Below, piece after piece: positions 52,030-62,327 of a stretch of 64,000 nucleotides of DNA. The stretch lies in IMG/VR virus record IMGVR_UViG_3300043418_000226; one strand, given 5' to 3'. A program made the position numbers and the translations under genes. The notes below the pieces were generated by a model. The model worked only from the letters and a program-made list of their open reading frames with translations, was not told where the DNA came from and searched no databases. This DNA comes from a virus. Lineage: Duplodnaviria; Heunggongvirae; Uroviricota; Caudoviricetes. Within the stretch, counting starts at the first letter, position 1. The number at the start of each line of letters is the position of its first letter.

Positions 52030-52329
52030 ATGAACATGAGTTTTAAGTTTCTTAATAATAAAAAAACACATCGAATGTTAGTGCCATTTAGTTCAACTCA
52101 AATGATGATTGAAATTGATACTGACATGGGTTATGAACAGTTTGTAAATTACATGAATGAAAATGTGATTTGTGAAAGATGGTCAAGTGACCCTGCGTTT
52201 GGTATATTCACATTAAGAAGAGTAATTCGTTTAAGGTTGATGTTTCATTTTGGTAATGTTAGAACCTACGGATTAATGATTGATGGTGTCTTAACGAGAA
52301 TGTTCCGTGACGACGAAAGAGTTGAATAA
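52030..52329 (+). CDS. FKF-tag family protein
   Basis: MNMSFKFL start. Confidence 0.7.
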   Translation: MNMSFKFLNNKKTHRMLVPFSSTQMMIEIDTDMGYEQFVNYMNENVICERWSSDPAFGIFTLRRVIRLRLMFHFGNVRTYGLMIDGVLTRMFRDDERVE

Positions 52330-54983
52330 TTTTAAAATAGTAAAGATATGGTAACGAGTTTTGGAGACATATTCCTAATTGGAATGTTATCCGGGTTTTG
52401 TGTAGGGGTAACCCTTGTTGTGATTTTGTGGTCTAATTCTAAAAGTAAATAAGATGGGATTATTAGGTGCCAGAGGTTGTATGTACTGTGAGGGTGACGT
52501 GTGTACTAAAGAATGTATTGAAGATATACATTCTCCACTTCATGAGTTTACTCAAAAAAAATTAATGGGTGTACATAATCCAGTTGTTCGTGAACATATT
52601 TCCAATGGTATTCGTTATGGTTCCGAATGGGAAAGAAGTAGATTGTTCACCAAGGAAGATATGTTAAAGGCAGTTAAGTTTGGTGAACTATATCAAACAG
52701 AAGGCTCAAAGTCTTTATTTGAAAAAAGAGGAACAACTCCTTCAGAAGTATTAAACAAATGGTTGGATAGTTTTAAAAAGAAATAATGAACATCAGACAA
52801 TACAAGAAGAAGTTTGCAATCTGTAAAGATGACAACGGTAAAACCATATACAAGGGTGATATTGTAAAGATATGGATGGCCATGGAAACCAATACAGGTC
52901 ACGTATCAAGAGTCTACCACAATATGTTAGATGGTGCATTTGTATTGGGTTCACCGGCACATGCATTTATGAATGATGGTAAACAAACACATCGACCTTT
53001 ACGTGATTATTTAAATCAGAAACCAATACCCGTTCACGAATGGGGTGTTGACGAACCGACGTATCGAAAAGGATATTGTATTAAAGTTAGGTCGTTTAAT
53101 AAACCAATTAAAGGAAAGTAAGTTATGATATCAAGAGAAGAACATTTAAAACAAGTTAATCGTTTTCACGATATGTTGGAGAAGGTTGATAATGGAATTC
53201 AAGAAAAGATTAAATCTGGTGAGAACGATGGGTATGAATTATATCACAAGTACTTTATTTTGTCCGCAAAGATTTGGCCACTTGTGGATGATAATATTGA
53301 AAGAATTAAAAATAGATTAGACGATTTTGAAGAATTTAATGAGTAAACAAACCTACTTTAGAGTATGTCATAAAGATACGTTACAAGGTCTTTGGTACGC
53401 ATTTAATGGTGAGTTCACCGGACTTATCCACGACGAGTTTAGTTTCTGTACTAACACCGAATTGAAAATGGATTTCGACCCCGAGATTGTGGGTTGGGTG
53501 TCTGCAGTTGAAACGTTGGATTTACTATGGAATTGGTTTAGTAAAGAAGATGTTATTAAATTACAAGAACATGGGTGGTTCGTTCATGAATATGAGTCTG
53601 AGGATATTAAATTCTACGAAAGATTCCAACATACTGTAATCAAACAGGAAACGTCAAAACCAATATTCATTTATAGTATTGGTCCGAACAATATTCTATA
53701 TAAAACTAAAACAAGTAAAGATGAATAAACTAACTTTAGAATATTATGACTGGTTTGATATCCAAAAAGAAATCTGTAAAGAAATGGGTATTGAAGAACA
53801 ATATTTCAGAGACTACCATAAATTAATTGGTGGCGAATATAAAGACCTATGGCATATTTGGTTGGAGTATTTTGAATCCATTCCGAATAATGATACAATT
53901 GTGTTTAACGATTTGGGTGAGGAAATGTCTAGTAAAATAGAGTGGATGACGATAAAAGGTGACGATTGGGCAATTCCATTTGTGGAAGCACTTTATAGGG
54001 TTTGGGATAAATTTGATATTGGATATATAAACTATAGTTGGTAATGGAACAAATACACAGACAAATATTTTCTTATCTACCTTACAGAGTGAAGTGTGAG
54101 ATATTAAATTACAAATCAGATTACGTCGGGTTAAGATACTCAACACTGAATGGGTTCTATGATATTATCGGTGAAACTCATTTCACTTATGATGGTGGAT
54201 CTACCGGTAAATCTATCAGGGACATGAAAATAATCCTAAGACCTTTTTCCGATATAACAAAGGAGATTGAAGTTAACGGTGAGAAGTTTGTTCCGTCAGA
54301 AAAAATTGGAATTCATTTATTTGATTATGATTTTATGTACATTTACAGAAAAGAAACGAATGGAATTCCTTTTTGGGTTGTTCAGAAACTACTCGAATGG
54401 AACATTGACGTGTACGGACTAATAGAATCAGATAACGCAATTAACATCAACACATTATGAAACAGTATTTAAAATATTTTCACCCTTTAGGGTTATTGAT
54501 TGTAGTATTAGTTATGTCGGTAACTTGGGCGTTCTATGATTTATATAAAAGTAATTTAAAATTTAAATATATTGTCATCGCCAATCGAACAATGTATAAG
54601 ACTATTAAGATTGATAGTATATCAAATGGTAATGCTTATTTTAAAGATAGACACGGTGACAATACAATGGTTAGTGGTTCATATGTAATTAAAGAAATAA
54701 ATAAAGATGGTTATGAGTAAAGAAAATGTTATTTTAGTTAAAGTCGATAAGTCATGTGACATGGCGGAAGTGTGGTTAAATGACGAATGTATTATGGAGG
54801 GTAATTTTTGGGACTTCCATCCAGGTTGTCACGGTATAAATGAGTATGGTGACTTTAAAGGTTATAGTGACTTAGCAAGAGCAATCGCATTAAGTTTACA
54901 TAAAGAAGGTGAGAGTTCCAAGATTGTTAATGAAGAATATAGTTACGAATAAACCTAATTGTTATAATTTTTTTCACCATTAG

Positions 54984-55014
54984 TTTGGTATATTAAAAAT
55001 TAGTTGTATATTTG
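54984..55014 (+). promoter_or_regulatory. Bacteroidota-type promoter heading the non-coding array
   Basis: TTTG 54984-87, 19 nt, TATATTTG 55007-14. Confidence 0.75.
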
Positions 55015-55179
55015 TACAAGAATTAAAAAACTACTTGAGTAGGTGGGAATGGTCAATCAACAACCCATTGAAGTTTCAGGTAATATATATTAAACGGGAC
55101 AGGCGAGCCTAGAATATAGTAATCCGCAAGTTAATGGTTTTTTAGGGGATTGAACCGGTTTTTTACATTAGCGAAATTT

Positions 55180-55355
55180 GGTCAGGTGGCGGAAAGGTAG
55201 ACGATTCCCATCAACACACATAGGGAGATTTAGATTGTTGTGTGTGCAGATTGTAGCACGTATTATAGCGTAAGTGACTGAAACTAAGGTCGTAGTATAA
55301 TCGTAGTGTATAGGTAAAGCAATCACTCACACAGGTTCGAATCCTGTCCTGACCA
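55180..55355 (+). ncRNA. tRNA-like element 1 (176 nt, large insert)
   Basis: GGTCAGG/CCTGACC acceptor, TGGCGGAAAGGTAGACG D arm, ACAGG-TTCGAAT-CCTGT T arm. Confidence 0.75.
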
Positions 55356-55394
55356 CCGAAGGTTGGTAACTCCTATAGGAATAAAAGTTACGTT

Positions 55395-55516
55395 AGTCAG
55401 GTGGCGGAATTGGTGTACGCAATGGTATGTTAAATGAGGGATTTCTCCTAAACCGAACCCTAATTAGGGCTAACCGTTGGAGTTTAAAACTACAGGTTCG
55501 AATCCTGTCTTGACTG
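55395..55516 (+). ncRNA. tRNA-like element 2 (122 nt, insert in anticodon loop)
   Basis: AGTCAGG/CTTGACT acceptor, Leu-type D arm, ATGGT/ACCGT stem around ~46 nt, variable hairpin, T arm. Confidence 0.75.
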
Positions 55517-55962
55517 CAAAAGGTTAAACATTGAATACCTTTGTAATAACTAAAGAACGGTAATCGTGAAACCAAGTAAGGGTAGAGGTGTTCATATAAG
55601 TTTTACATAAAGATACTATCAGTAATGGTGGTTGTGTTGTTCCCTTGAGAAAGGAATAAGTAGTAGTGACAAGAATGATTGAAATAACATCATATAGTAA
55701 CCAACACAAATGAGTTCTCAGCAAGTGGTTAAAAACAGACAGGTAGATGACTCAGATACTGATTCTGATAATGTTCCGATAGTCGTCCATTTAACTACGT
55801 GACCCTACTCTTATATGGGCGTAAATATAAAGAAACAGTCATATAAGAAAGAGGGTCTAAAACAATTTACTAATGCTCGCTGTTAGGTTGAACGTGGAAT
55901 AAAAAGGGTTTATATTAAGTTCAACAAACCAGAAACCCCGAAAGACCAAGGTTAGTAAAGGA

Positions 55963-56072
55963 AGTCAGGTGGCGGAATTGGCTATCGCACCTCACCTACT
56001 ATGGGGAGTATTGTTTCGACACAATTAATCAGCTGAGCGGCAAGCATACAGGTTCGAGTCCTGTCCTGACTA
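55963..56072 (+). ncRNA. tRNA-like element 3 (110 nt, expanded variable region)
   Basis: AGTCAGG/CCTGACT; CCTCA-cctacta-TGGGG arm lacking U33 and R37; T arm. Confidence 0.75.
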
Positions 56073-56136
56073 CAAGGGTTATGAGCAACGTGCCCCATTA
56101 ATTGCACAATGTTGACTGATGGAAAGACATCAAAAC
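56073..56136 (+). repeat. 64-nt structured spacer, copy A
   Basis: 60/64 identical to 56444-56507. Confidence 0.9.
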
Positions 56137-56193
56137 AGTCAGGTGGAAAGGCGGTTTCCTTTAGGTAAGCAGGTTCGAGTCCTGTCCTGACTA
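56137..56193 (+). ncRNA. tRNA-like element 4 (57 nt, minimal)
   Basis: Acceptor and T arm with a single short hairpin between. Confidence 0.7.
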
Positions 56194-56364
56194 CAAGACG
56201 GCCTGATTCCGGTGCACAGGATAGGGAACGAAGCTCTTGAATGACGGGTCTGTTATCTTAACATTATTTGACTTCGGTTTCAATAATGGATAACAGATTG
56301 GCGCGGAGGTCAACTAAATCGTTAGTTAGGATGGTGTTACAGCGTCGAGTAGACTGTAACAAAT

Positions 56365-56443
56365 GGTCAGGTGGGTGTAATGAGGGACGGTGCCCGAATC
56401 CAGTCAAATGGTTACTTATCCGGTTCGAGTCCGGCCCTGACTA
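56365..56443 (+). ncRNA. tRNA-like element 5 (79 nt, degenerate D/anticodon arms)
   Basis: GGTCAGG/CCTGACT; CCGG-TTCGAGT-CCGG T arm. Confidence 0.65.
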
Positions 56444-56507
56444 CAAGGGTTATGAACAACGTGTCCCCTTAATTACACAATGTTGACTGATGGAAAGACA
56501 TCAAAAC
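56444..56507 (+). repeat. 64-nt structured spacer, copy B
   Basis: Direct repeat of 56073-56136. Confidence 0.9.
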
Positions 56508-56676
56508 GGTTAGGTGGCGGAATGGTAGACGCACAAAGAGTAATGTCTTTGTTTGATTCAGCTCATTACTGAATCCCTCATATCGAGGTACGTGAGAGCA
56601 ATGTAATAGTGTACATAAAATCATTGAGGCAACAGAAGTAGATGTGTTGATACAGGTTCGAATCCTGTCCTGACTA
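56508..56676 (+). ncRNA. tRNA-like element 6 (169 nt, multi-hairpin insert)
   Basis: GGTTAGG/CCTGACT, TGGCGGAATGGTAGACGC D arm, CAAAG/CTTTG stem, T arm. Confidence 0.75.
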
Positions 56677-56803
56677 CGATTGCCAACACGTATGGTCAAT
56701 GTGTTAAAATTGTCGTGTAACAAGACCCGTAAAAAAATGAGGCAACGACTGGAAGGAAAGTCCACAACTAAACCTGCTTACACTTTGGAATGTAAAGTGA
56801 ATC

Positions 56804-56894
56804 GGTTAGCTTGGATAGAAGGTCGGTTCGATTCCGATGGAAGGTATTGGTACGGGTCGCCCCCTGGAGAGAGGTTCGAATCCTCTCCTAACCA
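56804..56894 (+). ncRNA. tRNA-like element 7 (degenerate, two T-loop hairpins)
   Basis: GGTTAG/CTAACC; AGAGG-TTCGAAT-CCTCT and internal TCGG-TTCGATT-CCGA. Confidence 0.55.
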
Positions 56895-56900
56895 CAAATT

Positions 56901-56935
56901 AAAATGTCATAATGAAAATTTATGACATTTTTTTT
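56901..56935 (+). terminator. Intrinsic terminator closing the array
   Basis: AAAATGTCATAA / TTATGACATTTT plus T-tract. Confidence 0.75.
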
Positions 56936-57215
56936 GTTTTAAAGAAAATTATTTTCTACATTTGTACGATATAAATTAACTTACTCATGGATAAAACATT
57001 TAAAGAACAAATTAAAGAAGAGGTTGACTCAATATGTGAGGAACATAATTTGAAACAACCAATAATAGTTCCTGCGGCCGCTAAGATTATTATGGAATAT
57101 CGTGGTTTGGATAGAGCAATCGAATTATTCGAAGGTGCCCTTAATCAAGAATCCGATTTATTTAAACGTTCAGCGTACAGAGCAACATTAGATGTAACCT
57201 TAAAAAGGGAATAAG

Positions 57216-57443
57216 ATGAAAATAGTTAAAATTACCAACCAACATAGAAGAGATTTTACTGCGGACATGGAATGTGAATTCTGTGGAGATAAAACCAAAC
57301 TTGATTCGGGATATGATGATGATTTTTATCACAGAAATGTTATTCCTGGTATGGTTTGTAAAAAATGTAATCAATCTACATTGACCGGTGGTGGAACCAT
57401 TGGTGATGTAACAACAAAATATCCTGAAGGATTTCAAGTTTAA
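57216..57443 (+). CDS. Small zinc-finger protein
   Basis: RRDF..CEFCG..GYDD..CKKC. Confidence 0.6.
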   Translation: MKIVKITNQHRRDFTADMECEFCGDKTKLDSGYDDDFYHRNVIPGMVCKKCNQSTLTGGGTIGDVTTKYPEGFQV

Positions 57444-57735
57444 ATAAAATGGAAAGAAACGAATTCTTAGAGATGGATGGTCTTTATTGGACCAGTGAAA
57501 CACACGAATGGTTTCACGATAAGTCATCGACCCAATACGCACAAAGTGATAATGGTCTCAATAAAGATGCACTTAAAAATATCTATTGTTTCATCACACG
57601 AAATATGGAAACCGGAGAGTACGATAGAGTAATGATGGATTCGAACACCAACGAGATTATTTACGATACAAAAGTACTTGAACAACTTGTATTTGAAATT
57701 GATAAAATGAAAATTGCAAAACGATTTAACATATA

Positions 57736-57966
57736 ATGGAAAAGTTTAAGTTTAAGTTCTTCCAAAAGGAAAATGAAAACATCATATGGACAAATGCCGT
57801 CGGTGTTGATATTCCCGTTACAAGATTGAGGAACGGACACATCTATAATATTATTGGATGTTTACGAGGACAAGGAAATAGGACCATACCTGAAATGTAT
57901 AATGGAAAATCCCACGAACAATGGTTACAAATAATGAATAACGAATTGAATAGGAGACATGCGTGA
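57736..57966 (+). CDS. FKF-tag family protein
   Basis: MEKFKFKFFQK start. Confidence 0.7.
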   Translation: MEKFKFKFFQKENENIIWTNAVGVDIPVTRLRNGHIYNIIGCLRGQGNRTIPEMYNGKSHEQWLQIMNNELNRRHA

Positions 57967-58273
57967 GTTTAAATTTTTCCAAAGGGACCCATTGAGTAGG
58001 TTACAAGGTGATACTATTGCAATTTTATCACTTGGTCCCCGACATTTCAACGATTGGATATCACATACCTTTCAAAATGAAGTTGTTGAAAGGATAACCA
58101 GTAGTCGTTATTTCATCAATGGAGTTAGATATGTTAACGTAAATAGAATGTCTCAAGTTATTGGATATGTATTTACGGATTGGTATATTATTGATGACAT
58201 ATTATTAACAAGGGAACAGTCACAAATTGTGGAACGTTTAAGATTAACAACTGGAAGACATGAAACAATTTAA
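57959..58273 (+). CDS. FKF-tag family protein
   Basis: MREFKFFQR start. Confidence 0.7.
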   Translation: MREFKFFQRDPLSRLQGDTIAILSLGPRHFNDWISHTFQNEVVERITSSRYFINGVRYVNVNRMSQVIGYVFTDWYIIDDILLTREQSQIVERLRLTTGRHETI

Positions 58274-58754
58274 GTTTTTAACAATAACGACAAGACCATT
58301 ACCTGATTTTGGTGTTGATATTTCTGAACTAGGTTTACTTAGAACAAGTAATATGATTGATTTTTTGGCCGATAACGAAACGATATATGAAAACGGTGAG
58401 GATGTTTATACGTTATTTGGTAAATTACTAGATAACAGAAGAAATTTAAGATTTGAGTCGATTGTTGGTGCCGACATCAATGGGTATTATAGAATTATAT
58501 CGTTATCTGGACGTGTCGTCATGCAAATTATAATACATTCATCTTTAGATAGGGAACTCTTCACTGAACGATTTAATGAATGGCACGATAGACAATACAA
58601 TAACATCGATACAGGAATCATAACTTGGAAAGATAAATTAATGAAAATTATGGCATCGTTAGAACATTATTTTATTCACGCGAAGATTGATGAAATAGAA
58701 ATTGAGGGCCATTCTGTACCAAATCCTTTTGAAGTCGCACATGAAACAGTTTAA
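58260..58754 (+). CDS. FKF-tag family protein
   Basis: MKQFKFL start. Confidence 0.7.
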   Translation: MKQFKFLTITTRPLPDFGVDISELGLLRTSNMIDFLADNETIYENGEDVYTLFGKLLDNRRNLRFESIVGADINGYYRIISLSGRVVMQIIIHSSLDRELFTERFNEWHDRQYNNIDTGIITWKDKLMKIMASLEHYFIHAKIDEIEIEGHSVPNPFEVAHETV

Positions 58755-58965
58755 GTTTTTAAGTAAAATCAATCCACTCACAATACCTCCCGAGAATCTC
58801 GGTGAAGATTATGAATTTATTGGTGTATCTCCCGTAATGTATGAACCAATATCATTTGACCAAGTTAAATTTTTATTATATCGAAGTATAACAACAGGTG
58901 CGGTGGCGAAAGGTGAGAATATAAGTCCCCAACATGAATTATGGAATTATCATGAAGAGGTTTAA
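58741..58965 (+). CDS. FKF-tag family protein
   Basis: MKQFKFL at ATG 58741. Confidence 0.7.
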   Translation: MKQFKFLSKINPLTIPPENLGEDYEFIGVSPVMYEPISFDQVKFLLYRSITTGAVAKGENISPQHELWNYHEEV

Positions 58966-59323
58966 GTTTTTTGAGAGTGAGAGACCAGAGGAAACTATTG
59001 ACACATGTCAAATATTTTTCCCAACCATGTCAGATAACAATAGAAATAGGAATTCAATTATAGTGTGGTCACATTCTGATAATATTGAATTGGATTATGT
59101 TGTTAGGATATATCAAGGAACCATAAGAAATTTTAGAACGGATTATGGTCTTAATAGAGTAATGTACAATATAGATCGTGATAGGGGTTTATACCTACCT
59201 GAAATACCGACAGTTAACTTTATTGAGACAACTACCGATGTTTATATTAATTTTAGAGAAATACACTTTGATAGTGGAGACCAAATGGTGGATATACATT
59301 ACAGAGAATATATTAACAATTAA
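58952..59323 (+). CDS. FKF-tag family protein
   Basis: MKRFKFF at ATG 58952. Confidence 0.7.
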   Translation: MKRFKFFESERPEETIDTCQIFFPTMSDNNRNRNSIIVWSHSDNIELDYVVRIYQGTIRNFRTDYGLNRVMYNIDRDRGLYLPEIPTVNFIETTTDVYINFREIHFDSGDQMVDIHYREYINN

Positions 59324-59577
59324 AAATTAAAAAGATGAAAAAGATTTTAGTAACAGGAATCAGTATGATTGTTTTAGGAATCATATTAATGTCAGCAACT
59401 TACAAACACAAAGTAACCCTTGTCAAATCGATGACATTTGAATCCAATTCTGACAACGTGGCCGAATATATTAGACAAAGAATCAGAGAAGGTTATACCT
59501 TAACTCATTTGGAAGGAGCGAACGACGGTGAATATGATTCAACGTGGATAATTGTAATGGAGAAAAACTAAATCAAT

Positions 59578-59997
59578 ATGAAAGTAAAAATTAAAGTAGA
59601 GAAGGAAGTGACAATAAGATATTGTCAGGTCGAAGCACATGTTAGATATTGGGAAGATGCCACGGTTGATGGTGTTGAGGATGTTATGGGAGATTTGATT
59701 CCATGTAGAAAAGGTGACATATGGGCTCCCGACATTGACATTGATTCTGGTGTAATTGTGAATTGGGAACAAGGAAAAACTGCTAAGGTTCACTACAAAG
59801 TATGTGATGAAGGTTCCTATTATCTATTGGATGAGAATCACGAGAGAATTTTATCTATCGAAGAGGATTACGTTCCAAATGATTTAATACCTGGCAAGTA
59901 CAATGATTATATCATTATGGATATTGATGAGAACGGAAAGATTGAACAGTGGAAAACACCGGCAAACCTAAACGATTTCATAGGTGATGACTATTAA
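59578..59997 (+). CDS. Conserved phage hypothetical protein
   Basis: VRYWEDA, W.P.ID...G...NW, HYKVCD.G.Y, YVP, DYI. Confidence 0.6.
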   Translation: MKVKIKVEKEVTIRYCQVEAHVRYWEDATVDGVEDVMGDLIPCRKGDIWAPDIDIDSGVIVNWEQGKTAKVHYKVCDEGSYYLLDENHERILSIEEDYVPNDLIPGKYNDYIIMDIDENGKIEQWKTPANLNDFIGDDY

Positions 59998-60006
59998 ATT
60001 GAATCG

Positions 60007-60309
60007 ATGAAAGACTTTAAATTTTTAACAAATAATGGTTCAACTCCCCCAATAACTGAGGGAGTTGTTTATGCCCCATATGTTCCGGCAACATTAACCC
60101 CAACCATGGAGGAAAGAGAAGTTGTTATGACAACTCGTACCATTGAACCAATGGAAAGAGAACTACGTAGACAAATCAATCCAAACTTTTTTGGTACACT
60201 TGGATATGATATTCATAATAATTTAGATTTATTCAGACGTACGGGATTATTGGAACCATCAAATGGTAGAATATCGATTGTTGATAGGTTAATGGGTGGA
60301 TTTAGGTAA
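60007..60309 (+). CDS. FKF-tag family protein with gp23-like capsid fragment
   Basis: MKDFKFL start; GVVYAPYVP. Confidence 0.65.
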   Translation: MKDFKFLTNNGSTPPITEGVVYAPYVPATLTPTMEEREVVMTTRTIEPMERELRRQINPNFFGTLGYDIHNNLDLFRRTGLLEPSNGRISIVDRLMGGFR

Positions 60310-60856
60310 AATATTCACAAATAAGTTTGTGTGCACAATATTTTCGCCATATCTTTGGACCATAATCTAATAATAAAGGATATGAGAAGAAAAAAAGACT
60401 ACATGGATGATTGTCACAAGACAACACCGGTAACGATTACTTACAAGTTCTACAATGATACCATTACAATGAAGAGGGACGTTTACGACCTATCAATCAG
60501 GGACTTGATGGAACTTAATAGAAGTATGGTTGTCAATGTATTCGATGAACAATCATATCAAGAGAACATTTTAAGAATAGCGAGAGAAATTAATAAAAAG
60601 AAAAGTTTCGTACGTAGAGTATGGGACCGATTAGATAGATGGTAATTATGGGATCAGTAGTATTAGGAATAATTGTGTTTGGGTTAGTGGGTTATTTTTT
60701 GTTAATGTACATAGAAGGAAATTACTCTGTAAGTTCTTCTGAAATAATCAAGGAAGGTGAAGTGGTTGATAGTCAAGGTAGAATCGTTGAACGTTACTAT
60801 TACATTAAAACAACATACGAAAGCGGTAGAATTAAAATAACTAAAAAATCAGTATA

Positions 60857-61477
60857 ATGAAAAACATACACGTGTTATCAACAGAGAAACCAAGTAGATT
60901 ATTTTATAATGTAGGCGGTACATTATTATTTACAAGTTATGAAAACCATAATGGAGTAAACATCTACATTACTTCTGATGAAGAAATTAAAGAAGGAGAT
61001 TATGCTTTACAATTTCACTATGGTAAAATTTCAATAGTAAAATGTGATTCTCAAAACAAATCTGTTATCAACAATTCTTCTTTAGATTTATACGCAATAA
61101 AAATTATCCTAACAACAGACCAAGACTTAATCAAAGATGGTGTACAAACTATTGATGATGATTTCCTTGAATGGTTTGTTAAAAATCCTACTTGTGAGAG
61201 AGTTGAAGTTGAGTATAATGAATACGAAATGTTTGGAAATAAAAGTAAAAAGTGGATAGATTCTCATAATTGTTACGAAATTATCATTCCACAAGAAGAA
61301 CCGACAACATGTGAATGTGGTGCGAATACCTCTTGTCAATGTGAACCTGAAAAACCGGTAAAAGACTTAGAGTATTGGAAGAACAATGCTGAGGAAGATT
61401 ATATGACCACACCGATTAGTGTATTAAGATACATTGGTGAGTTAGAAAAAGAAGTTGAACTATTAGAAAAGAAATAA
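60857..61477 (+). CDS. Conserved Bacteroidota-phage hypothetical protein
   Basis: NIYITSDEEIKEGD, KIILTTDQDLIKDGVQ.IDD.FLEWFVKNP. Confidence 0.6.
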   Translation: MKNIHVLSTEKPSRLFYNVGGTLLFTSYENHNGVNIYITSDEEIKEGDYALQFHYGKISIVKCDSQNKSVINNSSLDLYAIKIILTTDQDLIKDGVQTIDDDFLEWFVKNPTCERVEVEYNEYEMFGNKSKKWIDSHNCYEIIIPQEEPTTCECGANTSCQCEPEKPVKDLEYWKNNAEEDYMTTPISVLRYIGELEKEVELLEKK

Positions 61478-62327
61478 GATATGAAAACCAAAAATAGTCC
61501 ACCAAGTTCGGAGTTTGAATATAAAGATAAGTGTCCTTCTTGCGGTAGTTTTTGTAATATACATATAGATTTAGACGACAATGATGAATGTAATGATTGT
61601 CGAGCAACAGAATTTAAAAAGAAATAAGATGGAAAAGATATTAGTATGTGCAATATTTCAGTTGGTACTTTTCATACCCTTTTATCTAATTTGGAGAAAT
61701 GACTGTAAAAAAATAGGTAAAGACAATTTAGCTGTAAGTTTATCAGAAAGGTTTTTATACTGGTTACTTTTTTGTCCAATTTGGTTAGTAGGGGTTTTGG
61801 GTTGATTATTACACAAAAGATTTTGAACAATTAAAAAAGAATAAGATGAAACTATACAAACACGAGGGAAAAGGATTCTACATTGGTAGTTGTGTTATTG
61901 TAATGGCTGAGTCAATTGAAATGGCAACCATATTGATTGATAATGAATTGCATTCAATGGGATTATCTGATGAAACAATTAACATTGTGGAATTGGATGT
62001 AAGAGACGGGATTGTATATTCACATAACGGAGATTACTAAAATGAAACAAGGAGATAAAGTTGTTTGTATAAGTGAAGATTTCCCACAATGGAAAACCAC
62101 GGACGAAGATAAGACAAAAAATGGTACCCAACCAAATAATCACCCAATGAAAGGTGAAGTTCTAACCGTGGATGAAGTTCTTGGTGAGTTTATCAGATTC
62201 GATAGATATGATAATGATTTTCATAACTGGTGGAAGAGTGATAGATTTAGAAAGGTGGACCTACAGGAACTAATGAATGGTGAAAAGAAGACTGCGGACT
62301 TATATCAGAAACTAATTGATGAATTGA

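Noticed and set aside
55180-55355. tmRNA
   Set aside because: Too short, no G3-U70 alanine identity pair, no evident tag ORF, and multiple copies
56114-56132. Hammerhead ribozyme core (CTGATG...GAAA)
   Set aside because: Sequence is CTGATGG rather than CTGAnGA, and GAAA lies in a simple hairpin loop
55180-56894. CRISPR array
   Set aside because: Repeats are tRNA halves, spacing is very irregular and no cas genes are in the window
55180-56894. Ordinary tRNA gene cluster with assignable anticodons
   Set aside because: No element has a canonical 7-nt loop with U33 and purine 37 in a normal-length body, so no anticodon calls are made
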